From Candidatus Pacearchaeota archaeon (GTDB lineage: Archaea > Nanobdellota > Nanobdellia > Pacearchaeales > GW2011-AR1), in the NCBI GenBank assembly GCA_017609085.1, contig JAFCEO010000001.1, positions 1 through 62,953 of the forward strand: a stretch of 62,953 nucleotides of DNA, read 5' to 3'. Positions 18,169 to 29,046 of this stretch are shown here, in pieces. Position 1 is the first letter of the stretch; each line of letters starts with the position of its first letter. The notes below the pieces were generated by a model. It did not search any database. It saw only the letters and a list, made by a program, of their open reading frames with translations, and was not told where the DNA came from. The position numbers and the translations under genes are program-made.

Positions 18169-18305
18169 TTTTTAACTCTTTTTTTACTACTTTGGTAGCA
18201 GGGAACTAAATTTTCCCATCTGTCGAAATTTTAAAGTTTATACAGTATTTAAATCTTTTCTTTTTTACTTTTATTTTTAATAAAAAATCTTAAAATTTGT
18301 AAATC

Positions 18306-21158
18306 TCATATTTTATTAAAAAGAATAATGATTTTTTTATCTTTTATTTTTTCTTCTACTTTGTTTTTGTATTTCTCTTCGTGTTTAATATCTTGAGCAA
18401 TTGTTATTTCAGAAGAATTCGTCCTTTCTTTTATAAAATCTTTTTGAGGTTCTATTATTCTTTTTAAGTTTTCATCAACAATTAAAGCAAGCTTGATTTT
18501 GTCTTTCTTAATAAATCCTTCTTTTTTACGAGCAGCTTGAACTTTTCTTGAAATTTCGCGGGCAAAGCCTTCTGACTCTAACTCAGGAGTAATTTTCGTA
18601 TCAAGTTCTACGTTCAATTTTCCTTTTTTAATTTCGAGTTTTTTCACATTTAATTGATTAGCAATTATCTTCTGTAATTCATTGCTTAAAGATTTATCCG
18701 TGCTGATTATAGCTTTTTTTAAGGGCCATCTTAATCCAATTTTAGCTTTATCTCTTTCAGAAAGACCTTTTTCAATAATATTTAAAACGACTAAAAAATC
18801 TTCTTCCAACTTTTTGTCAATTAATCTACTTTCTGGTTTTGGAAATTCAGATAAATGAATCGACTCCTCCTTTACAATTTTAGTTTTTCTCAATTCTTGC
18901 CAAATTTGTTCTGTTACGAATGGAGTTACAGGAGCGAGAAGTTTTAACAAACCAAGCCTAATTTTGTTTAGAACTTCATAAGTTTCTTCTTGCCTTTCTC
19001 TTATTATTTTAATATAAGTCTTTGACAAATCAACAATCAAAAAATTTTCAATTAATTGAACGACTTCTGAAAATTTAAATTTATTATAATTTTCTATAAC
19101 TTGTTTAACCAATGAATTAAACTTACTAACTATCCATTTATCCTCTACTTTAAGATTCGATTTTTTATTTTTTAATTGATCAATAAAATTATTAACATTA
19201 ATTAAAATTCTGAATGTCTTTTCGATTTCCTTAAACTCATTTTCGTTAAAAGCAAAATCTTCTCCTTTTGAAATTTTTGCAAAATAATATCTTAAATAAT
19301 CTCGCGAGTACTTTTTAATTATCTCGCCTGGAAAGATAATATTCCCTCTCGATTTTGACATTTTTCTTTTTCCTAAGTCCAAGACCATTCCATGAACAAC
19401 AATATTTCTAAATGGTTTTTTGTCAAATTTTATTTCAGAAAGAATTAATTGGGAGTTCCACCATCCTCTAATTTGGTCTTTTCCTTCGATATTTAAGTTG
19501 GCTGGCCAGAATTTCTTGAATTGTTTTTCATTTAGAACAGCCCAACTGCTTACACCCGAATCAAACCAAACATCCAATACTTCCTCGACCCTTTTCATTT
19601 TTCCACCACATTTACATTTTAGAAAAACATTATCAATATCAGGTTTATGAATTTCATTTATTTTTTTCTTCGATAATTTTTCTAACTCCTTAACACTTCC
19701 GACGACAATTTTATTGTCGCATTTTTCACAAATCCAGATGGGTAGGGGAGTTCCCCAGTATCTTTTTCTAGAAACAGGCCAATCAGAAATCCCCTCTAAC
19801 CAAGCTTTCATTCTTAATTTCATATAATTAGGAAGCCAGTTTGTTTCTGAATTTTCTTTTAATAACTTGTCGTGAATATCTGAAATCTTAAGGAACCATT
19901 GTGGTAAAGAAATCATTAATAATGGCGATTTACATCTCCAACAAAGAGGATAATCATGAGTGTAATTTAATTTATAGACTAGCTTATTTTCTTTTTCTAA
20001 ATCTTCAATAATTTCTTCGTCAACAACTCTTGCTTTTTTATTTGCATATTTTCCAGCGTCCTCTGTTAAAAGCCCATTGATGCCTACAGGGGAAGGCATG
20101 TCTAGACCATATTCTTTTCCCACCTCATAATCTTCTTTTCCATGACCTGGGGCGCAATGAACCAATCCTGTTCCTTCTTCTAAATTGACGTATCTTTTAG
20201 ATAACACTATTTTATAAGCATTCTTTACTTTTAAATTTAAATTTTTAAAAAGAGGATTTTCATATTCCCATCCTTCCATTTTTTTTCCTTTAAAAATTCT
20301 TTTGAGAGTATAACCTATTCCTAGCTCCCCCATAATTTTCGGAATAAGTTCTTTTGCTATAATCCATTTTTCCCTGTTTGAAAGCTCAATTTCTGCATAA
20401 TCAAAATCAGGATTAACCATCACTCCTGTATTTCCTGGTAAAGTCCAAGGGGTCGTTGTCCAAATTATTAAATAAGTATTTCCCTTCTTCTTCAGAGGAA
20501 ATTTTACAAAAATAGAAGTATCTTCTTGATTTGCATATTCAATTTCATTATAAGCAACAGCTGTCTCGCATCTAGGACAAACATGAATGGGGTATTTTCC
20601 TAAATACAAAAGTCCTTTTTTATCTGCAACTTTAAAACAATCCCAAATTTTTTCAATATACTCTTTATCTAATGTCAAATAAGGATTTTCGAAATCCATC
20701 CAAACACCCAAATTTTCAAATTCGTCATTCATAACTCCAATAAATCTTGTAGCAAATTCTTTGCATTTATTGATAAATCTCTTTACTCCATATTTTTCAA
20801 TATCTTTTTTTGATTTACTGCCTATTTCTTTTTCTATTTGAAACTCGATCGGAACTCCGTGAGTATCATAACCTGCTTTATCAAAAACATCTTTGCCTTG
20901 AAGCCTTTGGCTTCTCATGGCAATATCTTTAAGGACTTTATTTAAAGCTGTACCCATATGGATATGCCCTGTCGCATAAGGAGGCCCGTCCATCATATAG
21001 AATGGATCTCCTTTAGCATTTTTTCTTTTGCTTTTTTCATAAATTTTATTTTTCTTCCAGAACTTTAGAATTTCTCTTTCATGAGAATTTCTGTCCCGTT
21101 CAGATAATAATTTCTGAAAATCTGGTTGTTTTTTTGAATTGTTTTTATTTTCTTGCAT
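18306..21158 (-). CDS. ileS: Isoleucine--tRNA ligase
   Basis: DGPPYATGHIHMGT, WTTTPWTLP, GTGLVHCAPGHG, SRKRYWGTP, DVWFDSG, KMSKS. Confidence 0.97.
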   Translation of the reverse strand: MQENKNNSKKQPDFQKLLSERDRNSHEREILKFWKKNKIYEKSKRKNAKGDPFYMMDGPPYATGHIHMGTALNKVLKDIAMRSQRLQGKDVFDKAGYDTHGVPIEFQIEKEIGSKSKKDIEKYGVKRFINKCKEFATRFIGVMNDEFENLGVWMDFENPYLTLDKEYIEKIWDCFKVADKKGLLYLGKYPIHVCPRCETAVAYNEIEYANQEDTSIFVKFPLKKKGNTYLIIWTTTPWTLPGNTGVMVNPDFDYAEIELSNREKWIIAKELIPKIMGELGIGYTLKRIFKGKKMEGWEYENPLFKNLNLKVKNAYKIVLSKRYVNLEEGTGLVHCAPGHGKEDYEVGKEYGLDMPSPVGINGLLTEDAGKYANKKARVVDEEIIEDLEKENKLVYKLNYTHDYPLCWRCKSPLLMISLPQWFLKISDIHDKLLKENSETNWLPNYMKLRMKAWLEGISDWPVSRKRYWGTPLPIWICEKCDNKIVVGSVKELEKLSKKKINEIHKPDIDNVFLKCKCGGKMKRVEEVLDVWFDSGVSSWAVLNEKQFKKFWPANLNIEGKDQIRGWWNSQLILSEIKFDKKPFRNIVVHGMVLDLGKRKMSKSRGNIIFPGEIIKKYSRDYLRYYFAKISKGEDFAFNENEFKEIEKTFRILINVNNFIDQLKNKKSNLKVEDKWIVSKFNSLVKQVIENYNKFKFSEVVQLIENFLIVDLSKTYIKIIRERQEETYEVLNKIRLGLLKLLAPVTPFVTEQIWQELRKTKIVKEESIHLSEFPKPESRLIDKKLEEDFLVVLNIIEKGLSERDKAKIGLRWPLKKAIISTDKSLSNELQKIIANQLNVKKLEIKKGKLNVELDTKITPELESEGFAREISRKVQAARKKEGFIKKDKIKLALIVDENLKRIIEPQKDFIKERTNSSEITIAQDIKHEEKYKNKVEEKIKDKKIIILFNKI

Positions 21159-21369
21159 TTTATTGTTAAATTTTTATTATTTTTAAATTTGTCTCATAAA
21201 TATTTTTTCTTACACCCTACATTAATTTCTTCTTGTTTATTTGCTTTTTTTCTTGTGTTAGCCTGATACTTGTCTTATTCATATAGACCAGAGTACCTCT
21301 TTATAATTTAAATAAATCCTATGTGGTTATATATTAAGATAAGACTTTTTTAAAGGGATTTAAAAACAA

Positions 21370-21951
21370 TTACTCCAAACCAATTTCATCTTTAATTTTT
21401 TGCATTGCTTTAATCGCTATTTCAAAAAATTCATTTAACTCAAGGCCGGTTTGTTCAATCTCTCTTATAATTTCTCTGTTGCAATTTGCTGCGAAAGTTT
21501 TATCTTTAAATTTCTTTTTTAAACCTTTAACTTCCATATCACTTATTTTCTTGCCTCTCATAAGCGCATACGCATGTATTAATCCACTAATTGTCTCACT
21601 CGCTGCTAGAGCATGTTCGATCTTTTTTTCTCGTTTTTTATCTGCTAAAGCCGGAATTTCAGAATACCCATAAGCATGTGATTGAAGAATTTGAATAAAT
21701 TCGTTATCAAAGCCTTTTTCCTTCAAAATTCCTTCTGCTTTAATACAATGTTCCTTTAGATTTTCTTTAGTTAAAGCCCAATCAACATCATGTAAAAGTC
21801 CTAACATTCCCCAATATTCAACATCTTCTCCCAATCTTTCAGCTACTCCTCTCATTATAGCTTCTGATTCTAAATAATGATTCCAGTCAGATTGTTGTTG
21901 GGGCATTGATTTTAAGAGTTCAATTGCCTCTTCTCTTGTGATTGGTAACAT
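21370..21951 (-). CDS. HD-domain (HDIG-type) phosphohydrolase
   Basis: HYLESEAIM, GLLHDVDW, SHAY, KKKFKDKTFAA. Confidence 0.88.
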   Translation of the reverse strand: MLPITREEAIELLKSMPQQQSDWNHYLESEAIMRGVAERLGEDVEYWGMLGLLHDVDWALTKENLKEHCIKAEGILKEKGFDNEFIQILQSHAYGYSEIPALADKKREKKIEHALAASETISGLIHAYALMRGKKISDMEVKGLKKKFKDKTFAANCNREIIREIEQTGLELNEFFEIAIKAMQKIKDEIGLE

Positions 21952-21975
21952 TTTAAGCTTATAATTTTTCTTTGT

Positions 21976-22680
21976 TTATTTTTCAAATCTTCTTAAAGCT
22001 TCTTCTTCTAAAAAATGAAGCTTTCCAGTAATAATAAAACAAAAAGGTTGCGAAATTTTTTGCTTTTTTAAACTATCGATCTTCCCGTATAGTATCTTAT
22101 TTTCTTTTGTTCCTAATTTAGAACATACAATAATCTTCTTAAAATTAATCTTCTTTTTTTCAGCTTCTTTTTTCAATCTACTTATTGCTTCTTCATAGCT
22201 CATACCAATATCAACCAATATTAAACTATGTGCTCCAATTTTTTGATTTTCTTTAACATACTTCATAAATTCAACTTCTTGTTTTGGCATACTTGCTGTT
22301 TTTCCAAATTTGTATAACTGCAAACCAGTTTCTGCTATTCCATCGAAGATAGAAGCAGAATGTATGACTTTATAAGGAATTTCTTCTTTTTCGCATTTCA
22401 ATATAAGCGATATGTGGGTGGTGGCTGCTAAAGCATTTCCATAAATTAATAATGCTATATCTTTTTTCTTAGCTTCATTTACAAATTCTTCATTCTCCAC
22501 TTTTTTTCTATTTAATTCTTCAATTTTCTTTCCTAAAAATTTTTCAAGTCTTTCTTTCTTGTAAGGAAAATCCACAGTATAATTTTCAAGATAGATTTTT
22601 TGACATTTTTTTACAACTTCGAAACCTTCTAAACTAATTCCCTCTTCGTTCAATCCCAGACCTATAAGATAAAATGTCAT
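21976..22680 (-). CDS. dph5: Diphthine synthase
   Basis: FYLIGLGL, YLENYT, ATTH, TGLQLYKFGKTAS, HSLILVDI. Confidence 0.93.
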   Translation of the reverse strand: MTFYLIGLGLNEEGISLEGFEVVKKCQKIYLENYTVDFPYKKERLEKFLGKKIEELNRKKVENEEFVNEAKKKDIALLIYGNALAATTHISLILKCEKEEIPYKVIHSASIFDGIAETGLQLYKFGKTASMPKQEVEFMKYVKENQKIGAHSLILVDIGMSYEEAISRLKKEAEKKKINFKKIIVCSKLGTKENKILYGKIDSLKKQKISQPFCFIITGKLHFLEEEALRRFEK

Positions 22681-22726
22681 TTTGATAAATAAAACTCTCC
22701 TTTTTAATTATACCTTATTTTACCTT

Positions 22727-22993
22727 TTAAAATCCATTTTTAATAAACTTTTTATCGTAACTTTTCCAAATGGATATTAAACATAAAATTATTATAAAAA
22801 ATAAGGTTAAAATTACCGGAACTTTAATTAAAAATCTACTAAAAGAGATAATGACAACAATCACTAAGGATATGGCTGAAAGAATAATAAACCACTTTCT
22901 TCCTGCTTGCAACTCATCTCTAGCTAACCAAGCTAGTAAGTAGCTCACTGGAAAACTTGCTAAAAGTATTAAAACATAAAACAATCTCCACAT
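22727..22993 (-). CDS. Small membrane protein
   Basis: Three hydrophobic segments, RDELQAGRKWF. Confidence 0.7.
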   Translation of the reverse strand: MWRLFYVLILLASFPVSYLLAWLARDELQAGRKWFIILSAISLVIVVIISFSRFLIKVPVILTLFFIIILCLISIWKSYDKKFIKNGF

Positions 22994-23175
22994 ACAAAAA
23001 TTAATTCTTTATTGTTTTTAAATATAATGAATTAAAGTTTAAATCTACTTTTATCCTTAAAATAATAGACTTTTTTATTAATAAGGAAATTTTAAATAAA
23101 GTTATGTTACTATTAATATTGAGGATTATTTGATCCTTTACCAGTTTTAATATCGAATGATATGAGAATTAAAAG

Positions 23176-23967
23176 ATGAGATTCGCAGTAGTTTATTCAA
23201 GGAAAGATAAAGCTGGAATAAATATAGTTGAAAAGCTCAAACAGGTAGGTTTCATTCCACAAATTCCAATTATTGAATTAAAAAAAGAAACAATCTACTC
23301 GGAATTTTTTGAAAAAAAATATCCTGAACTTAGAAATATCGATTTTATTGTTTTTGCGTCGCGGCACGCGTCAAAAGAATCTCGCAAAACACTTTCTTTA
23401 CACGCTCCTGGAAACTGGAGGGGAGCAGATTATGGGGGGAAAGTAGGAAAAGTTTGTAAGACTTCAGCATTTATCTTGAAGTATCTTTTTCAACAATTAA
23501 ATAAACAAGCTGAAATAGAGAATCTTAAAGATTATGAAATAACCTTAGAGTGTACTCATCATGGTCCTTTAATAGATAAGCCTTGCTGTTTTATTGAATT
23601 AGGTTCAACAGAAGAACAATGGAAAGAGGAAAAACCAGCCAAAGTCATCGCTAAAACGATACTTTCTTTACAGAATTATCAAAGAGAGAACTGGATTCCT
23701 TCAATAGGTATTGGAGGACCGCATTATTGTCCCAACTTTAATAAAATCCAATTAAATAGCGAATATGCAATATCTCACATAATTCCTTCGTATGTTTTTC
23801 CATTGACAGAATCTATTCTAAAAGAAGCAATTAAGAAAACAGAAGAGATTGTCGGTAAAGTGATAATTGATTGGAAAAGTATGAAAAGTGAAGAAAGGAA
23901 AGAAATTATCAATTTAATAGAAAATTCAGGTTTAGAAATCAAAAGGACAAGCGAAATTAAAAAATAA
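23176..23967 (+). CDS. dtdA: Archaeal D-aminoacyl-tRNA deacylase
   Basis: FASRH, LHAPGN, ECTHHGP, FIELGS, GGPHYCP. Confidence 0.93.
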   Translation: MRFAVVYSRKDKAGINIVEKLKQVGFIPQIPIIELKKETIYSEFFEKKYPELRNIDFIVFASRHASKESRKTLSLHAPGNWRGADYGGKVGKVCKTSAFILKYLFQQLNKQAEIENLKDYEITLECTHHGPLIDKPCCFIELGSTEEQWKEEKPAKVIAKTILSLQNYQRENWIPSIGIGGPHYCPNFNKIQLNSEYAISHIIPSYVFPLTESILKEAIKKTEEIVGKVIIDWKSMKSEERKEIINLIENSGLEIKRTSEIKK

Positions 23968-24804
23968 TTATTTATTTTTTCGTTCTACTTTTCTCTTCAT
24001 TAAATTAGAAAGTCGGGGCCACTTTTCTTCCAATGTTGGCTCCCTTTTCTGGAAAAAAATTCCGATTGGAATTTTTCCATTTTTGCTGTTGTAATCCCAT
24101 TCATCTGCTAACTCTAAAGCCCTTCGCATATCTCCTTTATTATCTTTAATTACATAAGTCAGTTTCCCAATTTCATTCATATCTTTATTAAACTGTAAAC
24201 AGGGTTGTATAACTTCAACAAAAGAAAAACCTTTATGTTTTATAGCAGCTTCTAAAATTTTAGTTGAGTGTTCTAAATTTAATGCGTATGTTCTTGCAAC
24301 AAATGTTGTTCCACTTACAAGAGCTAATTTTATAGGGTTAATAGGAACATTATGTTGTCCTTGAGGTTCTACTTTACTTTTGTAACCTTGTTGTGTTGTA
24401 GGAGTTGGTTGGCCAGTAGTCAAAGCAAAAGCTTGATTATCATGAACAACTAAAGTAATATCTGCATTATATCTTCCAGCATGAATAAAATGAGCCATAC
24501 CTTCAGCATAAGTGTCTCCATCACCTGCAAAACCTATAACACTTAAATTAGGATTCCCCAACTTTATTCCTAAAGCTGTTGGCAAAACTCTTCCATGTAG
24601 TCCATAAAATCCACTCACATTTATATAATCAAAAATTTTGGCATGACAGCCTATTCCGGTTACAATTGCGATATTGTTTTGTTTCAGTCCTTCTTTTATT
24701 AATTTAGCAAAGACTCTTTTTACACTTTCAAGTATCATAAAATTAGGACAGCCAGGACACCACGTTATTTCATTTTTCGTAGATAATCTCTCTTTCAAGC
24801 TCAT
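23968..24804 (-). CDS. 2-oxoacid:ferredoxin oxidoreductase beta subunit
   Basis: WCPGC, GIGC, HGR, TPP-binding GDGD..N; ATG 24804 overlaps the alpha stop (ATGA). Confidence 0.93.
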   Translation of the reverse strand: MSLKERLSTKNEITWCPGCPNFMILESVKRVFAKLIKEGLKQNNIAIVTGIGCHAKIFDYINVSGFYGLHGRVLPTALGIKLGNPNLSVIGFAGDGDTYAEGMAHFIHAGRYNADITLVVHDNQAFALTTGQPTPTTQQGYKSKVEPQGQHNVPINPIKLALVSGTTFVARTYALNLEHSTKILEAAIKHKGFSFVEVIQPCLQFNKDMNEIGKLTYVIKDNKGDMRRALELADEWDYNSKNGKIPIGIFFQKREPTLEEKWPRLSNLMKRKVERKNK

Positions 24805-26318
24805 TTTATTTTCAAAATCTCCTTCTTTAATTCGTCTGAACAAAATGGCCTTGCATCATATTTCAATATTCTATTTTTAATTTTTATTCCCGTTTTCTCT
24901 CTAATTAGTCTTCCAAGTTGACCTGTAACATTATTCTCTATCAAAATTATATTTTCTGCTTTTAACAGCTCTTTCTTTATCTCGTCTGATAACGGCTTTA
25001 AATATAAAACCTGTAAAAATTTAAAATCCAAATCAGAAATGGCGTCTAGGATAGCTCCTTTTGTTGAGCCCCATCCAACAATAAGATTTTTGCTATTTTT
25101 ATTACCATGAATTTTTATCATTTCAAATTTTTTAACTTTATTTTTAATCTGTTGGTATTTCTTAATTCTTTTTTCTGCCCCTTCTGCAGTTAATCTTGAA
25201 TCTTCTGTCGTATTCCCTTTTGAATCATGTTCGTAACTGTTAGCTTTCACTATATCTTCTCCTGGAATTTTTCTTTTAATTTCTATTTTTAATGGTTTAC
25301 GAGGATTTCTGTCTGATGAAAATTCGGATTCGGCAAGGTGTTTATCGCTTAGCACTATTGATAATGTTCCAAATTTCTCAGCCAAATACATGGCTTCGTT
25401 TGTTTTTTCTATGCACTCAATTGGGTCGCCAGGCGCTATGACCACTCTGGGAAATTCTCCATGCCCCGCTCGCAAGGCAGAATCTAAATCCCCTTGGGAA
25501 GTGTAAGTAGGAACTCCTGTTCCAGGCCCTGGTCTCGAGCAATAATAAATAGTTAATGGAACTTCTGATTGTCCTTGCAAACTTAGAGCTTCTGTCATTA
25601 AGTCGACACCACCTCCAGAACTTCCTATCATAACTTTTGCTCCTGCAAAACTTGCTCCTAATGCAGCATTAGCCACTGCTATTTCATTCTCCGGAATAAA
25701 GACCATATATCCATATTTTTCTTGTTGCCCTGCTAATTCATGCAAAACACCAGTCGAAGGAGTCATTGGATATCCGATATATAAGTCAATTCCAGAATTA
25801 ATCGCTCCTTGAGCTATGGCTTGACTTCCAGTCATGATTGAAATTTTATTTTTTAATTTTTTTAATTTAAATTTTTCTTTTTGGCTTTTATACCCTCTCT
25901 CAGCCGCTTCACTACTTTTTTCGTTACGAAATCTTTTTTTAACCTCATCTATTAACAACTTCTTATCTATTCCAAGAACCTTAATTAAAGCTCCTGCAAG
26001 AGCGATATTCAGGTTTTTTCCTAAATTTTCAAACCCTTTATCTGTTATGATAAATCCCTCTCGTTTCAATTCTGATTTATGTTTTTCGATTGTTTTTTCA
26101 TCTAGAGCAACTATCCCATCTAACTCGCTTTCGTGACTTCCTACTTTTTTATCACTTATACTTAAAACATTAAAATTGTGGCCTCCCCGTATAAGAGAAG
26201 GGTAATCTCTATAATTAAAAGTAAAATAACCGTATTTTACTAAAACTGAAGAAACAATTCCAGACACAGCATTTATACCCTGTCCTGCTTTCCCTCCAAT
26301 AAGAACATTAAGTCTCAT
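24801..26318 (-). CDS. 2-oxoacid:ferredoxin oxidoreductase alpha subunit (gamma-alpha fusion)
   Basis: GGKAGQG, IRGGH, YPMTP, ENEIA, RPGPGTG, GWGST. Confidence 0.94.
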   Translation of the reverse strand: MRLNVLIGGKAGQGINAVSGIVSSVLVKYGYFTFNYRDYPSLIRGGHNFNVLSISDKKVGSHESELDGIVALDEKTIEKHKSELKREGFIITDKGFENLGKNLNIALAGALIKVLGIDKKLLIDEVKKRFRNEKSSEAAERGYKSQKEKFKLKKLKNKISIMTGSQAIAQGAINSGIDLYIGYPMTPSTGVLHELAGQQEKYGYMVFIPENEIAVANAALGASFAGAKVMIGSSGGGVDLMTEALSLQGQSEVPLTIYYCSRPGPGTGVPTYTSQGDLDSALRAGHGEFPRVVIAPGDPIECIEKTNEAMYLAEKFGTLSIVLSDKHLAESEFSSDRNPRKPLKIEIKRKIPGEDIVKANSYEHDSKGNTTEDSRLTAEGAEKRIKKYQQIKNKVKKFEMIKIHGNKNSKNLIVGWGSTKGAILDAISDLDFKFLQVLYLKPLSDEIKKELLKAENIILIENNVTGQLGRLIREKTGIKIKNRILKYDARPFCSDELKKEILKIK

Positions 26319-26375
26319 TTTATTTTATTCTGATTAAACTTTTCTAAAAGTTCTTTTTTTATTTTTTAAAGTTTA

Positions 26376-28319
26376 TTAAGTAGAATTTTCTTTAAGTACT
26401 TCTTTAATTCTTTCAACAGCTTCTGGATTAACTAATGTCATTAAACCTTTTGGTTCTTCGTTATTTAATAGATTTTTCAAGATTCTCCTCATTATTTTTC
26501 CGCTTCGAGTTTTTGGAAGGTCATTAACAAAATAAATTTTTGAAGGGCGGGCTGTAGGTCCTATTTTTTTGTCAACATGTTTTTTCAGTTCTTTTTCTAA
26601 ATTAATAGAAGGTTCACCTCTTTCTAAAACAACAAATGCGACTGGTACCTGTCCTTTAATTTTATCTGGTATTGGGACAACTGCAGATTCATTTACATAT
26701 TTACTATCATTTATGGCGTTCTCAAGTTCTGCTGTAGCTAACCTATGTCCCGCAACTTTCATAACATCATCTGTTCTTCCTGTAACTCTTATTAAACCAT
26801 TTTTGACATAGGCACCATCACTTGTATTATAATATCTTTTTTTGAATTTTGTCCAATAACGCCAATAAGTTTCAACATATTTTTTGTGATTATTATAAAC
26901 GCCATGCAACATTCCTGGAGCAAATGGAGGAACTTGAACTAAGAAACCTCCTTTTCCTTCTTTAACTTTTTTCCCTTTTTCGTCAACTACAATATGTTTT
27001 GTTCCTGGAAAACTTTTTCCTGCTACAGTCGGAATAAAAGGACCTATACCTGGCAAAACATTAATTGAAGTTCCGCCAGTTTCTGTTTGCCACCAAGTGT
27101 CAATTATAGGACATCTTCCCTTACCAATTTTTTTGAAATACCACATCCAAGTATCTTCATCTATTGGTTCTCCGACAGTTCCTAAAATTCTCAGACTATT
27201 TAGTTTGTATTTTTTTAACCATTTATCTCCCACTTTCATAAACATTCTAATTGCAGTGGGAGCAGTATAAAATACAGTGACTTTATTTTCATCTATAATT
27301 TTCCACCATCTTCCCGGATTAGGGAAATCAGGAGCTCCTTCATAAATTAGAGTAGTAGAGCCATTTAACAGGGGGCCATAAAAAGCATAAGTATGTCCTG
27401 TAATCCAACCAATGTCTGCAGTGCACCACATAATATCATCTTCATGTAAATTAAAATTCCATTTGGTAGTCCAATATGCTTGAACAGCATAACCTCCTGT
27501 ATCATGGACTATTCCTTTTGGCTTACCAGTTGTTCCACTTGTATAAAGAATAAACATAATATCTTCTGAATTCATTATTTCAGGTTTGCAATAAGAATAA
27601 GCTTTTTCAATTTCTTTTTGGAAATCTAAAAATTTTCCTCCCCTCTTCTTTTTCCTTAATCTAGAAACTACAATAATTTTTTTGACAGTTGTTTTTTCTG
27701 TAGCTTTTATAGCTTTTTCCAGTAAATTTTCTTCCTTTCCTCTTCTATAATAACCATCGGCTGTTATTAATAATTTAGCTTTTCCGTCTTGAATTCTTGC
27801 TTTTAAAGCATCTGCCGAAAATGCTGAAAAAACAACAGAGTGTATAGCACCAATTCTTGTGCAAGCAAGCATGGCTATTAAAGTTTCAGGAAGTATTGGC
27901 AAGTATATAGCCACCACATCTCCTTTCTTAATTCCTTGTTTTTTTAAGACATTTGCGAATCTATTGACTTTATCGTATAATTCAGCATAATTTAGTTTGA
28001 TTGGTTTTTCCTTTGTCGGCTCTGGAATCCATATGAGCGCCGTCTTACTTCCCTTATCTAAGTGTCTATCTAAACAATTAACACAGAAGTTTAGTTTTCC
28101 ATCTTTAAACCACTCAAAATATGGAAGTTTTTCTTCATAAGTTTTTTTCCATAATTCTTCCCATTTTATTCCTTCTTTCGCTTTTTCTTCCCAGAATTTA
28201 ACAGGATTTCTCGATGCTATTTCGTATATCTTCTCATTAGAAACCCACGCAATTTTCTTCATCTCTTTACTTGGCCAGTATATTTTTCCTTTTTTTATTA
28301 TGTATTTTTTAGGTTTCAT
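26376..28319 (-). CDS. acs: Acetyl-CoA synthetase (AMP-forming)
   Basis: YTSGTTGKPKG, TADIGWITGH, DTWWQTETG, GRTDD, LPKTRSGKIMRR; ATG 28319 preferred. Confidence 0.95.
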   Translation of the reverse strand: MKPKKYIIKKGKIYWPSKEMKKIAWVSNEKIYEIASRNPVKFWEEKAKEGIKWEELWKKTYEEKLPYFEWFKDGKLNFCVNCLDRHLDKGSKTALIWIPEPTKEKPIKLNYAELYDKVNRFANVLKKQGIKKGDVVAIYLPILPETLIAMLACTRIGAIHSVVFSAFSADALKARIQDGKAKLLITADGYYRRGKEENLLEKAIKATEKTTVKKIIVVSRLRKKKRGGKFLDFQKEIEKAYSYCKPEIMNSEDIMFILYTSGTTGKPKGIVHDTGGYAVQAYWTTKWNFNLHEDDIMWCTADIGWITGHTYAFYGPLLNGSTTLIYEGAPDFPNPGRWWKIIDENKVTVFYTAPTAIRMFMKVGDKWLKKYKLNSLRILGTVGEPIDEDTWMWYFKKIGKGRCPIIDTWWQTETGGTSINVLPGIGPFIPTVAGKSFPGTKHIVVDEKGKKVKEGKGGFLVQVPPFAPGMLHGVYNNHKKYVETYWRYWTKFKKRYYNTSDGAYVKNGLIRVTGRTDDVMKVAGHRLATAELENAINDSKYVNESAVVPIPDKIKGQVPVAFVVLERGEPSINLEKELKKHVDKKIGPTARPSKIYFVNDLPKTRSGKIMRRILKNLLNNEEPKGLMTLVNPEAVERIKEVLKENST

Positions 28320-28395
28320 TTTTTTTACCTTTCTTTTTTGATTTAAATTTTTCAATTATTTGACAAATTTAATAATCCTCTTTAAACTACACATT

Positions 28396-28992
28396 TCATT
28401 TTATCCAATATCTTTTGTCACTGATTCCTTTCTCCCATAACATTTTAGTATATCCTGTGTTATCAATTTGTTCTTGTTTTATTCCTAATTCTTTTAAAGT
28501 TTGTCTGATTTTATTTTTTGCTTTCTGCATTTCAGAGGGTTGGCATAAATATTCAATTTCCATAAAATAGCCAAGATGTTCAACTTTATTTATTTCAATA
28601 ACAATCCTTTTATCTTTTTTATGCACATAAGATTCCGAGGTTTTTCTTTTTTTCATCCATTCTCGGAAGCCAAGATCTTTAAATAATGCCAAGAGTTTGT
28701 CAACATCCTCTTTGTTTTTTAAAGTAAACTCAAATTCTTGTTTAACAACAATATCTTTATCCCAATATTTTTTCAGCCATTTTTTAAAATTAACTTCATA
28801 TTTGTCAGGCTTTTTTCTAATTCTAAAAGCTTTTTTCGGATATTTTTTCCTTATAAATCTCCTTAAAGCAAAATAATCGTCTCCTCTTTCCTCTTTTTTA
28901 ACTAATCTAGCTATTTTCAGAATTTTTTTTCTTAGTTCAGGAACTTCATCTTTTCTTAGCTTAACCTTTGTTTCAACCTCTAGCCACGCCAT
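28396..28992 (-). CDS. CYTH-domain protein (CyaB-like)
   Basis: EVETK, DDYF, FRIR, LGYFMEIE, GY. Confidence 0.88.
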   Translation of the reverse strand: MAWLEVETKVKLRKDEVPELRKKILKIARLVKKEERGDDYFALRRFIRKKYPKKAFRIRKKPDKYEVNFKKWLKKYWDKDIVVKQEFEFTLKNKEDVDKLLALFKDLGFREWMKKRKTSESYVHKKDKRIVIEINKVEHLGYFMEIEYLCQPSEMQKAKNKIRQTLKELGIKQEQIDNTGYTKMLWEKGISDKRYWIK

Positions 28993-29046
28993 TTTTCCTT
29001 TTTTTATGTCTTTTATAAAAAAAAGATATTTAAATATCTTTGGATA

